This document shows, piece by piece, positions 41,206-51,813 of a stretch of DNA of 64,000 nt; position 1 is the stretch's first letter; every line of letters begins with the position of its first letter. This DNA is from Heterodontus francisci. Its lineage: Eukaryota. Location: contig NW_027142325.1 in assembly GCF_036365525.1 (NCBI RefSeq), positions 310,001-374,000 on the forward strand, read 5' to 3'. A program made the translations under genes and the position numbers. The notes beneath the pieces were generated by a model that did no database searches, was not told where the DNA came from, and saw only the letters and a list, made by a program, of their open reading frames with translations.

Positions 41206-41432
41206 TTTCTACAGGATTAATCCCTGTCAGTGTAAGGAACTATATTATTCATACACTCCAATTGCCATTTTCATTCACAGTCCATACTCTTCGCTTAATT
41301 GAGGTCCATCACGATATTTCTGTCCTGCAATCGAGATTCACAATTATCCACAGACTTTGATTAATTGTCTCTGCATTGTTGGTCTCTCACCTTTGCTTGT
41401 CTCTAATTTGATTTCTTTCTCTTTCTGTTCAG

Positions 41433-41532
41433 CTGCAGAGACTTTCCCCATTGCGATATTGTGCATTCCACTTGGAGTGAAACTCCTCGCCCTTATAGTG
41501 ATGTGGATTATTTTGTTGAGGGATAAATCCAG
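41433..41532 (+). CDS. SIGLEC15-like: Transmembrane exon with intramembrane lysine
   Basis: Strong acceptor tttctttctctttctgttcag|41433 (phase 1, matching the V2 donor), donor tccag|gtatgt (phase 2). Encodes AAETFPIAILCIPLGVKLLALIVMWIILLRDKSR; LGVKLL resembles the Siglec-15 TM LGFKALL. Confidence 0.85.
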
Positions 41533-41634
41533 GTATGTAATATTGCTGGGAGACTCTTGTCTTTAAATGCCTGAAGCTTGATTCATGGGTGAGCTTTGGT
41601 GGTGATTCAAACACTTGAGCCATTCTGGTCGATG

Positions 41635-41862
41635 AACAACCACACAGTGCATGTCCAGCAGAGGTCGCTGGATCCCAGCAGGATCAGGAACTCTGGGCAA
41701 TGTTTCCTTTCCCTATCCCAGTAGCTCTTGGACCAATTGGAGAGCCCCGACTGCAGCCCAGCTGGGATTGGCTAACTCAGCCCAGACATGGGATGGAAAC
41801 TGGCCCCTTCCTGGTCTGTATGATTCAGCTCCTCACAGCAGGAACTTGCTGAGCTATCGGGG
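41635..41862 (-). mobile_element. LF-SINE-like element just downstream of the TM exon
   Basis: Minus strand ccccgatagctcag...catacagaccaggaagg...gctgagttagccaatcccagc...cagagttcctgatcctg...atccagcgacctctgctgga. Confidence 0.6.
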
Positions 41863-42449
41863 ACCTGATTAAATCTCCCAGACCACCTGTATTCACTATT
41901 GTCTATTTTAATCTGCAAGGTTAAGCCCTCAGGGCATATTATGGTTCAAAACTGATTGAGTTGAATTTGATTGCAGTGCTGGGTTATTGACAGTCAGATT
42001 CCTGTTCACTTTCCAACCTCAGTCTTTCCCCAAGGCTTTCTGGAAAACACCAACCACTCACCTCAAGACCCGGAAAAAGAATAAAACACTCTGGGGATTG
42101 GCTGCTGTTCAGATGATGAGAATGATGGTTATCACAGTGTTGAAAATGATTCGCAGTTCCCTTTGACTCAGTTTTTGGTCACCTGTCCTCATATCTCCTC
42201 ATGTGACTCGGTGTTCCATTTTGCCTGATTGTGTTCCTGTGAAGCACATGTTAAAAGTGCTATATAAATGCAAGTTTTTGTTCTTGCTATATAAACAAAG
42301 TGACTCCTGACATCGCAGCGGTCTGCTGACATAATCAGAGCGCTCCAAGCTGTGAACATGTGCAAACGGTCGCCTGCGCTGAGATGCTGCACATACTCAG
42401 CCTACGTCTTGCCAGGACTAACTGGTGCATGCGAAGGAAAACATTCTCC

Positions 42450-43855
42450 CCCCTCGCCCACTCACTCCCCACTCCTCGCTTCCAGCCACCCTGCTCTCCA
42501 GCTGCTCACTCCCCTCTTCCGCCCACCATCCTGCTCTCCAGCTGCTCACTCCCCTCTTCCGCCCACCATCCTGCTCTCCAGCTGCTCACTCCCCTCTTCC
42601 GCCCACCATCCTGCTCTCCAGCTGCTCACTCCCCTCTTCCGCCCACCATCCTGCTCTCCAGCTGCTCACTCCCCTCTTCCGCCCACCATCCTGCTCTCCA
42701 GCTGCTCACTCCCCTCTTCCGCCCACCATCCTGCTCTCCAGCTGCTCACTCCCCTCTTCCGCCCACCATCCTGCTCTCCAGCTGCTCATTCCCCTCTTCC
42801 GCCCACCATCCCACTCTCCGGCCGCTCACTCCCCGCTTTCCCCGGCCCATCCCGCTCTCCGCCGCTCACTCCCCGCTTTCCCCTCACCATCCCGCTCTCT
42901 GGCCACTCACCCCCCCACTTTCCCCACCCCCCCCATCCCTCCAGATGCTAGCTCCAAGGCCCGCTGCTTCCTTCCTCTCGGCTACTCGATCCCACATTCG
43001 ATCGTTCCTCACCGCACTGCCCAGAGAAGCCAGGTGGGCCTGGAGGGGTGATGGAACGATATTGGAGTGAGTGGCCGAGAGGATGGAAGCGGCGCGGCCT
43101 GGAGCTAGTGTCTGGAGGGATGGTGGGGTAAGCGGGAAGTGAGCAACCGGAGAGTAGGAACCGGGGGAAGCGGGGAGTGAGCAGACGGAGAGTGGGATGG
43201 GGGGGAAGTGGGGAGTGAGCGGCTGGAAAGTGGGATGGGGGTGGAAGCGGGGAGTGAGCGGCCGGAGAGTGGGATGGGGGGGGGGAAAGTGGGGAGTGAG
43301 CGGCCGGAGAGTGGGATGGGGGGGGAAGCGGGGAGTGAGCGGCCGGAGAGTAAGATGGCGGGGGGGATACGGGGAGTGAGCGGCCAGAGAGTGAGATGGG
43401 GGGGGGGGGAAAGGGGGAGTGAGCGGCCAGAGAGTGAGATGGGCGGGAAAGCGGGGAGTCAGCGGCCGGAGAGTGGAATGGGGGGGGGAAGGGGGAGTGA
43501 GCGGCCGGAGAGTGGGATGGGGGTAGAAACGGGAAGTGAGCGGCTGGAGAGTGGGATGGGGGGGAAGCGGGGAGTGAGGGGCCGGAGAGTAGGATTTGGG
43601 GGAAGCGGGGAGTGAGCAGCCGGAGAGCTTGATCGGGTGTGGGGGCGAAGCAGGGATTGAGCGGCCGGAGAGCTTGATCCGGTGTGGGGGGGAAGCAGGG
43701 AGTGAGCAGCCGGAGAGCAGGATGGGGGGGGGGGCGGGGAAGTGGGGAGTGTGCAGCCGGAGAGTGGGATGGGGGGGGGGGAGCGGGGAGTGAGCGGCCG
43801 GAGAGCAGGATGGGGGGTGAAGCGGGAAGTGAGTGAGCGGACAGCGGGATGGCAC
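42450..43855. repeat. Foldback structure: C-rich ~40-bp minisatellite arm, short spacer, inverted G-rich arm
   Basis: About 8 near-identical 40-bp units from 42491. 42930-43000 is the approximate reverse complement of 43058-43130, and the right arm consists of gggagtgagcggccggagagtgggatggggg units. Confidence 0.88.
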
Positions 43856-44254
43856 TGAAACCTCACTGAATTACGGAGGGTGTGCAGCACTGTCAGAGGT
43901 GCTGTCCTTCTGAGAAAGTTTAAACAGTGCAACGTTCTCCGAGTATCAACCAAAACATGTCCATTGTCTGCTGTCATGTTTGCTTATGAAATGACAGTCA
44001 CTGCTCCTAAAGTAATTCACTTTAGGTGAATTAAGATGACTAGCTACTAAATAACTGGCGCATGCGCAGGAGGGAGGGGAGACTGTTGGGGGTGGGATGG
44101 CGGTGGCAGCATGACAATATTTGAGTGGATCTTTGGGTTGAAGTTGTTTATCTGTGATAAACAGATAAACCATCATTAATCCTGGCAGCTGCCTGAACGT
44201 CGCAGACACTGATGTTACAGTGGAACAGGCTGCATTTTCGCATGTGCTAGTACT

Positions 44255-44268
44255 GCGCCACCTGATGG
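44255..44268 (-). promoter_or_regulatory. CTCF-like binding motif
   Basis: Minus strand reads CCATCAGGTGGCGC, close to the CTCF core consensus CCACCAGGGGGCGC. Confidence 0.45.
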
Positions 44269-44498
44269 TTGCGTTGTCAGCAAACGCCGCCCTTTATAAA
44301 TGCAAGTTGTTGTTCTTGCTGAAAACAGGAACAACAATCAGACCCATTGTGTCAGTGTTTAACACTGATAATCTAATCTGTTTTTAAATACATGGGGAAT
44401 CCTATGTAAACAGCTGCAGGTTGTATATGGCGGTTCTGAAAATGCTCTTATTTTACTGTTAATATGGCTCATTTTATTTAATCTTGTTTTGTCCCCAG

Positions 44499-44514
44499 AA
44501 AGGAGCAGGACTGA
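44499..44514 (+). CDS. Probable terminal coding exon (short cytoplasmic tail ...SR-KEQD*)
   Basis: Long pyrimidine tract ttttatttaatcttgttttgtccccag|44499; a phase-2 join gives AG|A AAG GAG CAG GAC TGA. A weaker alternative acceptor exists near 42022-42034. Confidence 0.5.
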
Positions 44515-44708
44515 TCCATCGCAGGAGGCTGAGAAACTGAATGTTCAAACCGCAATATAAACCTGTTCCACTCGCCCTGCACTGAATCTCATCCAGCAAT
44601 TTAAACTGGACTTGCTTTGGTCATCATTCACTGTGTGATCCTGGGTACTGAGTACAAAATTCTTCCTGTTAATCAGCTATTCAGCAAGGTTCTGCATCAC
44701 ACTGTGAT

Positions 44709-44870
44709 GATCATTTAGACTTAGTGGGACAGTGTAACATGGGTGATAGCGAATCAACAGCCCGATTTAAATCCCTGACATTGGCTGGAATGGAAATAAA
44801 AATGGGGAGAGATATAAAACAGGCTGCTGATTGGCCGTTTTACACTATCACACAAAGTCCAGATGACCCC
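44709..44870. mobile_element. Short palindromic MITE
   Basis: TIRs gatcatttagacttagtgggacagtgtaa ... ttacactatcacacaaagtccagatgaccc; absent from the paralogous segment at 49480-49620. Confidence 0.7.
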
Positions 44871-45142
44871 GTTACTCTGAATGGAATCTGAATGTGAACA
44901 TTCTCAATATCAGTCTGTCTAAATGGCCAGGCTTTATTTATGGTGTAAACAGTGGGAGAGCTCATGGGGCAGAGGTGACTGTGAGTAGGACAGGTTTGAA
45001 ACCCCAATTATTCCAGCTGCTTTGCTCAGGGAACTGGCTGCTGTTTCTAGCTCCTCGGCTGTGACGGGAGATTCTGCTGGAGGTCAGTCAGCTTTCAATA
45101 ACTGATCTCAGAGTGAATCTGTGCTTTTACTGTCAGTCGATC

Positions 45143-45213
45143 AAAGTTACATGATGGAGCTGCAATGATTGTGAACACTGTACACAATCCTGGTAGCTCC
45201 ATCATGTAACTTT
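45143..45213. other. 71-nt near-perfect hairpin (pre-miRNA-like)
   Basis: aaagttacatgatggagct (45143-45161) is the exact reverse complement of agctccatcatgtaacttt (45195-45213); inner stem gattgtg/cacaatc. Confidence 0.6.
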
Positions 45214-46448
45214 CATGTGCTCTTGTGAAGTTCCTTTGGGACAATTCGCTACATTAAAGGTGTTATATAAATGCCAGTTATCGTTGTTGCTTCTACGAGG
45301 TGCTCTTAGTGGCTGGGAGCTTGGGCGGAGGAAGTCTGCTGAGCTTCAATTCAGACGGACACTGCGGATGGCACTCTGGGCCTCGAGGGCTGGGCTGGAG
45401 ATTGCACCATTCGGCCTGGGCTGCAGCATTCTGGGCAGCAAGGGCACTGGCAGAGTGTTTGGGTTGGATGCAGGAATGCTGTCATCATGACAGGGAACAG
45501 CAGGCTCCTCTTCTATGGAGCCACTGCCGGTCTCCCAGTGCCTCAGGAACCCTCACCATCTGCTGGAGAACTGTTGCTGAACTGCTGCACTGATCTGGAA
45601 TCCCATTTCAACAGTGGCACCCAGAGGTATATAATGGCAGCAGACTGAGACTCCAAGGCAGCAGTCTGTGCTGTGTTGGAAGCTCAGATTGGTAATCAGA
45701 CGCTCCAACAGGTTGGGTTCCGCCTGGAATGAATGAGCTCCAAGATCTGTGCAAAGCCCTGTGCCAAGGTTGGGGACTGACTCCTCCACGCTCCTTGATA
45801 TTGTGCCCAGGCTTTTGGGCAGGATTTCCAGTTTACCGAGTACTTTGTTGAGCACGCCCATCAGCCTTCATCTGTAGCCTGGCTCATCCAAACTCCTCAC
45901 CTGAGTTGTGTGCAGCAGAACTGTCTGCAACCTTCCCTCCGGCGAGCTGGCACATATGGGATCCTCCCACCGCTCCCCCAACTCCACAGCTCCTTGTGCC
46001 CGTGTTCCCTCATCTATACTAGCGTCTGAAGTCCACAGAGAGTCAGTCTCTGAGCTGCGAGAGTGAAATCAAGCAACAGTACTTCATCATCATCCATCTC
46101 TTCTTCCTCCACTGGCTGAACAGATTCTTCTTTGTGGGAGCTGAAATGAAAAGGCGAAAGGGTTAAGGTTGTGATTTGGTGAGAGGAGTGAGAGTGCGCT
46201 GACACCAGCTGCAATGTTTCATTCAGTCTGAGTGGGATGGGGAAGAAGTGAGGACCGAGAAGGAAGATTAGGTTTACAGAAACCCTGATCATTGATCTCT
46301 CCAGCTTCACCAATCACCACAGCTTTAGTGATGCCCCTTCCCATTCCCAGTATTGCAAGAATTGTCTGTTCCAGTTTCCTGGTGCTGCCTCCTGTTATCC
46401 CGCACCTTCTCCCACAAGGAAGAGAAAGTTCGTTAATGAGTGTTCAGC

Positions 46449-47775
46449 NNNNNNNNNNNNNNNNNNNNNNNNNNNNNNNNNNNNNNNNNNNNNNNNNNNN
46501 NNNNNNNNNNNNNNNNNNNNNNNNNNNNNNNNNNNNNNNNNNNNNNNNNNNNNNNNNNNNNNNNNNNNNNNNNNNNNNNNNNNNNNNNNNNNNNNNNNNN
46601 NNNNNNNNNNNNNNNNNNNNNNNNNNNNNNNNNNNNNNNNNNNNNNNNTGTGTAGATTGTGTGTCTGTGTGTGTGTGTATCTGTGTGTATCTGTGTCTGT
46701 TTGTATATCTGTATGTGTGGTGTGTGTGTATCTGTGTTGTGTGTGTGTCTGTGTGTGTGTATCTGTTTGTATATCTGTGTGTGTAGATTGTGTGTCTGTG
46801 TGTGTGTGTATCTGTGTGTATCTGTGTCTGTATATCTGTGTGTGTGGTGTGTGTGTCTGTGTGTGTGTATCTGTTTGTATATCTGTGTGTAGATTGTGTG
46901 TCTGTGTGTGTTTGTGTGTGTGTGTGTGTATCTGTGTTGTGTGTATCTGTCTGTGTGGTGTGTTTGTATATGTGTGTGTATCTGTTTGTATATCTGTGTG
47001 TGTGGTGTGTGTGTATCTGTTTGTATATCTGTGTNNNNNNNNNNNNNNNNNNNNNNNNNNNNNNNNNNNNNNNNNNNNNNNNNNNNNNNNNNNNNNNNNN
47101 NNNNNNNNNNNNNNNNNNNNNNNNNNNNNNNNNNNNNNNNNNNNNNNNNNNNNNNNNNNNNNNNNNNNNNNNNNNNNNNNNNNNNNNNNNNNNNNNNNNN
47201 NNNNNNNTGTATCTCTGTGTGTGTCTGTGTATGTATGTGTGTGTATCTGTTTGTATATCTGTATGTGTGGTGTGTGTGTTTCNNNNNNNNNNNNNNNNNN
47301 NNNNNNNNNNNNNNNNNNNNNNNNNNNNNNNNNNNNNNNNNNNNNNNNNNNNNNNNNNNNNNNNNNNNNNNNNNNNNNNNNNNNNNNNNNNNNNNNNNNN
47401 NNNNNNNNNNNNNNNNNNNNNNNNNNNNNNNNNNNNNNNNNNNNNNNNNNNNNNNNNNNNNNNNNNNNNNNNNNNNNNNNNNNNNNNNNNNNNNNNNNNN
47501 NNNNNNNNNNNNNNNNNNNNNNNNNNNNNNNNNNNNNNNNNNNNNGTGTGGTGTGTGTATCTGTGCGTGTTTGTGTGTATCTGTTTGTATATCTGTGTGT
47601 GTGGTGTGTGTGTGTATCTGTGTATGTGTGTATCTGTGTGTGTGTATCTGTTTGTATATCTGTGTGTGTGTGTGTATCTGTTTGTGCGTCTGTGTGGGTG
47701 TGTATCTCTGTGTGTGTCTGTGTATGTATGTGTGTGTATCTGTTTGTATATCTGTGTATGCGTCTGTGTGTGGTG
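46449..47775. repeat. GT/GTAT compound microsatellite with three N-gaps
   Basis: (tgtgtgtatctg)-type low-complexity sequence; N runs at 46449-46648, 47035-47207 and 47283-47545. Confidence 0.95.
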
Positions 47776-48084
47776 TGAGTTATGGGTGTAACCTTTTCTA
47801 CAATGCTGAGTGTGAGAGTGTGATGTCAAGCCTGTTCATTGAAGTGTTCAGTACTGAGTAATAGAAATTGTGGGTAAGTGGGGGATAGGGATGATGTTAA
47901 TTCAGCCACTGATGTGGCTAGAAGTGCAGCTGTCATTTGAAGTTTGATCTTAACTCAACAACTCTTGTCAGATAATTGAACTTCATCGACACTGTATCCA
48001 GGTACATGGCTCCACATTCCTTGTGTTTAGCTCCTCTGTAATCTCCTCCCCTTGCTTCCTCAGCATGTGCTATGAAGTTTCCCT

Positions 48085-48440
48085 TCTCCTCAGGGATAGA
48101 GGATGCCCCATTCCTTCTCCTGAGGATATCCCTCCTCCACCTCCAGACCACCCATTTCTCCTCAGGGATGGAGAATGTCCCTCCTCCACCTCCACCTCCA
48201 GCCCACCCACTTCCTCTCAGGGATAGAGGATGTCCTTCCTCCACCTCCAGACCACCCACTTCCTCTCAGGGATAGAGGATGTCCCTCCTCCACCTCCAGA
48301 CCACCCACTTCCTCTCAGGGATAGAGGATGTCCCTCCTCCACCTCCAGACCACCCACTTCCTCTCAGGGATAGAGGATGTCCCTCCTCCACCTCCAGACC
48401 ACCCACTTCCTCTCAGGGATAGAGGATGTCCCTCCTCCTC
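48085..48440. repeat. 49-bp tandem repeat, about 7 copies
   Basis: Unit cctctcagggatagaggatgtccctcctccacctccagaccacccactt. Confidence 0.92.
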
Positions 48441-49171
48441 TCCATTTCCGACACCAAGGCCTCCAGTGCAGCATCAGGGAAACTTTATGTCCGCACTCTC
48501 CCAGGCTCAGACATTTGTGATAGGTTTCATTCCACTTCCTCACACCACATCCAGAAGACCAATCCACCTCCTCTTTAAGAGGTACTGACTATCTTTAAAT
48601 GGTGTGGGTTACTGGTATAGTAATTGAATATTGAATTGTGTTCAGGTGATGGGCATTAACTGGGGATTCACTTGTCTTTACATAGGAGCAGACTGAAACT
48701 GTGGTAATGGGGATCAGGAGGTGCATGCTTGTAAAACGTATCTTGGTAAATAAAAGCTTACAATTGCGTAAGGTTTGGGCTCCAGTTCTATCCTTCAGGA
48801 CCCAGCTTTCTGGAACACAAGAATGTGTATTTGTGCAGCACAATCTACGGATGTGGGTTATTTGTCGAACGCCATCCCAACACTCCTCCTCCTCCCCGCT
48901 AATCAATTTATCCCCCATAGAGGTTGATGGACATTCTGACAATACTGGAAGCTGATGCAGCATCTGTCCTTCTCACTTGATGCTGTGGTTTGTCCCTCTT
49001 TTTTCCAACAGTTATATAAATATCCCTAGTCTGTTAGTCAGCAACACTTTGCTCTCTTTTTCAAATCAACATGAAGAGACTTCCAGTTAGCTAGTAAATT
49101 CAGGAAGATTTATAAACTGATTGTGGGCAGGTTTCGCAGGAGGTGAAGGAACGCTTTGAGCAACTTCTGTA

Positions 49172-49181
49172 TTTCAGTTTC
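49172..49181. promoter_or_regulatory. IRF/ISRE-like element upstream of the putative leader exon
   Basis: tttcagtttc = GAAACTGAAA on the minus strand (GAAANNGAAA), about 50 bp upstream of the ATG; an ETS-like caggaag lies at ~49101. Confidence 0.35.
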
Positions 49182-49229
49182 ATGAGACAAGAAGCAGAGT
49201 GAGAAGGACGAAATACTGAAGAGTTGGCG

Positions 49230-49277
49230 ATGGGTTCTCTCTACGTTTGGCTTTCCGCTGTCTTATTGTCGGTCTCG
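49230..49277 (+). CDS. Putative signal-peptide (leader) exon of a downstream gene
   Basis: Good Kozak context gcgATGg; encodes hydrophobic MGSLYVWLSAVLLSVS followed by tcg|gtacgg, in apparently non-TE sequence. Donor is phase 0; no downstream exon recognised in the window. Confidence 0.45.
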
Positions 49278-49789
49278 GTACGGAGTTACAGAAGGTGCTT
49301 TCGAATAATAACTGTTCAAATTCATTTTGTTGTTAAAGTCATTGAATGGTTACAGCACAGAAGGAGGCAGTTCAGCCCACCGTGTCTGTGCTGGCTCGCT
49401 GCATGAGCAACTCAGCTAGTCCCACTCCCTTGTCCCGTTCCCGTAGCTTTGTAAATATTTTCTCTTCGGGTGTTTAGCATTCACTGTGTGATCCTGATAC
49501 AGAGTACAAAGTTCTTCATGTTAAACAACTCTTCAGCTCGTCTCTGATCACACACTCATTTCAAATGGAATCTGAAAATGATCTTTCCCAACCTAAGTCT
49601 GTATAAATGCAGGTGGTTATAAATTCTGGTGCAGCCATTTCGGGAAAGCGGGGACCTCAAGCTACTGCCCTGTGTTAATGCTGAGTCCTGAGACTCTCCC
49701 AATATTCAGCCTTAAGGTTCTCTATAATGGAGCAGGTGAGGTACAAACAGCAGCTGTACTGAGGAACCTGAGGGAGTGACCGCGGCCCG

Positions 49790-49956
49790 CGTATCCAGTA
49801 GTGACCTCAGTCCATGTATCCAATGGTGACCACAGCCATGTATCCAATAGTGACCACAATCCACGTATCCAATAGTGACCTCAGTCCACGTATCCAATGG
49901 TGACCACAGCCCACGTATCCAATAGTGACCACAGCCCACGTATCCAATAGTGACCC
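49790..49956. repeat. ~25-bp tandem repeat, about 7 copies
   Basis: Unit gtatccaatagtgaccacagcccac with variants. Confidence 0.9.
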
Positions 49957-49987
49957 AGTAATAATCTCTGGTTGGACCTATTCCTGC

Positions 49988-50840
49988 TGTTACAACCTCA
50001 AGCTCAAGACAAAGCCCCCAATCAAAATATATGATTCTGATTGCAGTGGGAGAAACATACTTCCGTCCCTCTACAGATCGCCTAACATATCACTTTAAAC
50101 TTTCCAAATTAAAGAAAACCAGAGCCAAACTGACCATCTATTAACTGCCGAATGAGGCTAACCAAACCAGGTGTCTTTAGATCAACAAATTAACTGTTTC
50201 ATTAGAAAAAATAAATTCTTAAAACACTAAGATATAAACAACATTTAAAATAGAAAAAAGTATTCTCCTTGCAGATTTACCCTCCTGCCAAAGTGGAATC
50301 TTCCAATGTGGAACTGACCGAGGTTGGTTGAAGTCCTCACAGTCGTCCAATGGGGATAGAAAAAATGTCCAACATCCAAAACATCAACTCATCTTTCATC
50401 CGGTGATGGCCTCAGCCAATCAACAACTCGCAAGCACTTCAATTAATCAATTTATTTTAGAATTTTGAGGGGTGAAAAAGTGATCAGTCTAAAATTCACC
50501 TTCCTTCAGTTTAAATTACCAGAGATCTCTGTTCCAATCATGCTGGTCCAGCTGTCTGTCTTAGAACAGTCTATTTCAAAATAAAAAGCCAGTTCAAACA
50601 GTTAATCACAACAATGTATATTTAGCCTCAGTTTCTGAGTGGCTGTATCTGGGGCAACCATGATGCACATTTGAAGCTAGCTGTTCCACTCTGTAGGGTT
50701 GTATCCAACGGCAACTAAAATGCATCTTTTGACTCACAGTCCCCGGAACCTGTTGCCTTAAAGTTGGCCTGATCCTTTTACAGCCTTAAAGGCACACCGC
50801 AAACTTCCCAGAAAAGAAAACAAACTACAGGATCATAACA
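49988..50840 (-). mobile_element. Solo LTR of the same family as 878-1774
   Basis: Reverse complement begins tgttatgatcctg and shares internal blocks (aaacagttaatttgttgatctaaagacacctgg); near-TSD ctgc/ctgg. Confidence 0.87.
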
Positions 50841-51167
50841 CTGGCGATTTGTGACATTTGGCCAGTTGCGCATCCACTTTAGTCAAGTGTTGTTGGTTAG
50901 GAAAGGCCAAGTAAAATATTTCAATATTTCAGTTTTTGTTTTGTAGAATGCAACAATTTTAGGGCCAAGAATTAAAGCAGAATTTATAAATCAAACGCTA
51001 ACTGGGTAACCCAATTCCTGAGTTTTCTTTGGGGGGGGGGAGGTGTTACTGCTCAACCTTTTCTCTCTACCAGAGGTACCAGAGGGAACCAACCCATGTT
51101 CAATCCTTTTCTCGCTCACATTCTTGACATTTAACTCACATTCCTGGTGTTTTCCCCTTACATTCCT

Positions 51168-51813
51168 GGGCTGTAATTTTAGGTCACCCCCACCATCGAG
51201 CAGGGTGGTGGCAGGGCCGCTCCTGACACCTTCCTGCCCCCCTGCAATTTTATGTGGGGTGGTGGTGAGAAACAGCCCACCCATCCAGGCCAATTAACTG
51301 CCACTTAAGGGCCTCCTCCCACCGCCACTATTATTTTACAGCAAAGGCCCCAAGCACACTGCCAGCCAAAAGCTGGCTGCGTTATTATGGGCTGGAAAGG
51401 GAGTTCTCCTGATTGGGCACCTTGTGCCCCACAGAGGGCCCCCCCCACGACCCAACTCCACAACACTTCCCCCTCACCGCCCCCTACCCAACTGCCTCGT
51501 CGGGGCCTGGCTGATTGTCCCTGATGAGTCCCCAAAAACTGACTTTAATTCCGGGCACAGACTTCCTCGTGCTTCCGCTGGCTGGGTGTAGTCTCAGCTG
51601 TGGCCACCACTCCCAGTGACGCTGCTGGGACTACAGCCGATTGGCTGGCAGCTCCATTAGGCGGGACTTCCTGCCTAAAGCAGGTCGAAGTCCTGCCCGG
51701 GGCCAATTAAGGGCTTGGGAAGTGAAAAATCCTGGCTTTGCTCCCCCCGGGCAGCCACCCCCAACTTTTCGGCCGGTGGGTGGGGCCTCCCGTCCAACAT
51801 AAAATTCCGGCCT
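51168..51813. mobile_element. GC-rich MITE related to 5914-6327
   Basis: TIRs gggctgtaatttt...aaaattccggcc; internal ggccaattaag and gggcgggacttcc motifs. Confidence 0.7.

Larger units (their letters stand above)
45300..48600 (-). mobile_element. Decayed PIF/Harbinger transposon Myb/SANT-like ORF region
   Basis: Minus strand near 48500-47940 reads FPDAALEALVSEMERRRDILYP...MKFNYLTRVV, typical of Harbinger Myb-like proteins. Boundaries approximate. Confidence 0.55.

Noticed and set aside
42352-43977. Pro/Ser-rich and Gly-rich ORFs
   Set aside because: Translations of the 40-bp foldback minisatellite, open in several frames at once.
42263-44320. 26-bp direct repeats (tataaatgcaagtt.ttgttcttgct) as a TSD around a 2-kb insert
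   Set aside because: The motif is a generic SINE 3' tail, with another variant near 45265, so independent SINE ends are the simpler explanation.
44790-44802. AATAAA as the receptor gene's poly(A) signal
   Set aside because: It lies inside a MITE and cannot be supported without transcript data.
46292-47861. Cys/Val-rich and His/Thr-rich ORFs
   Set aside because: GT microsatellite and N-gap read-through.
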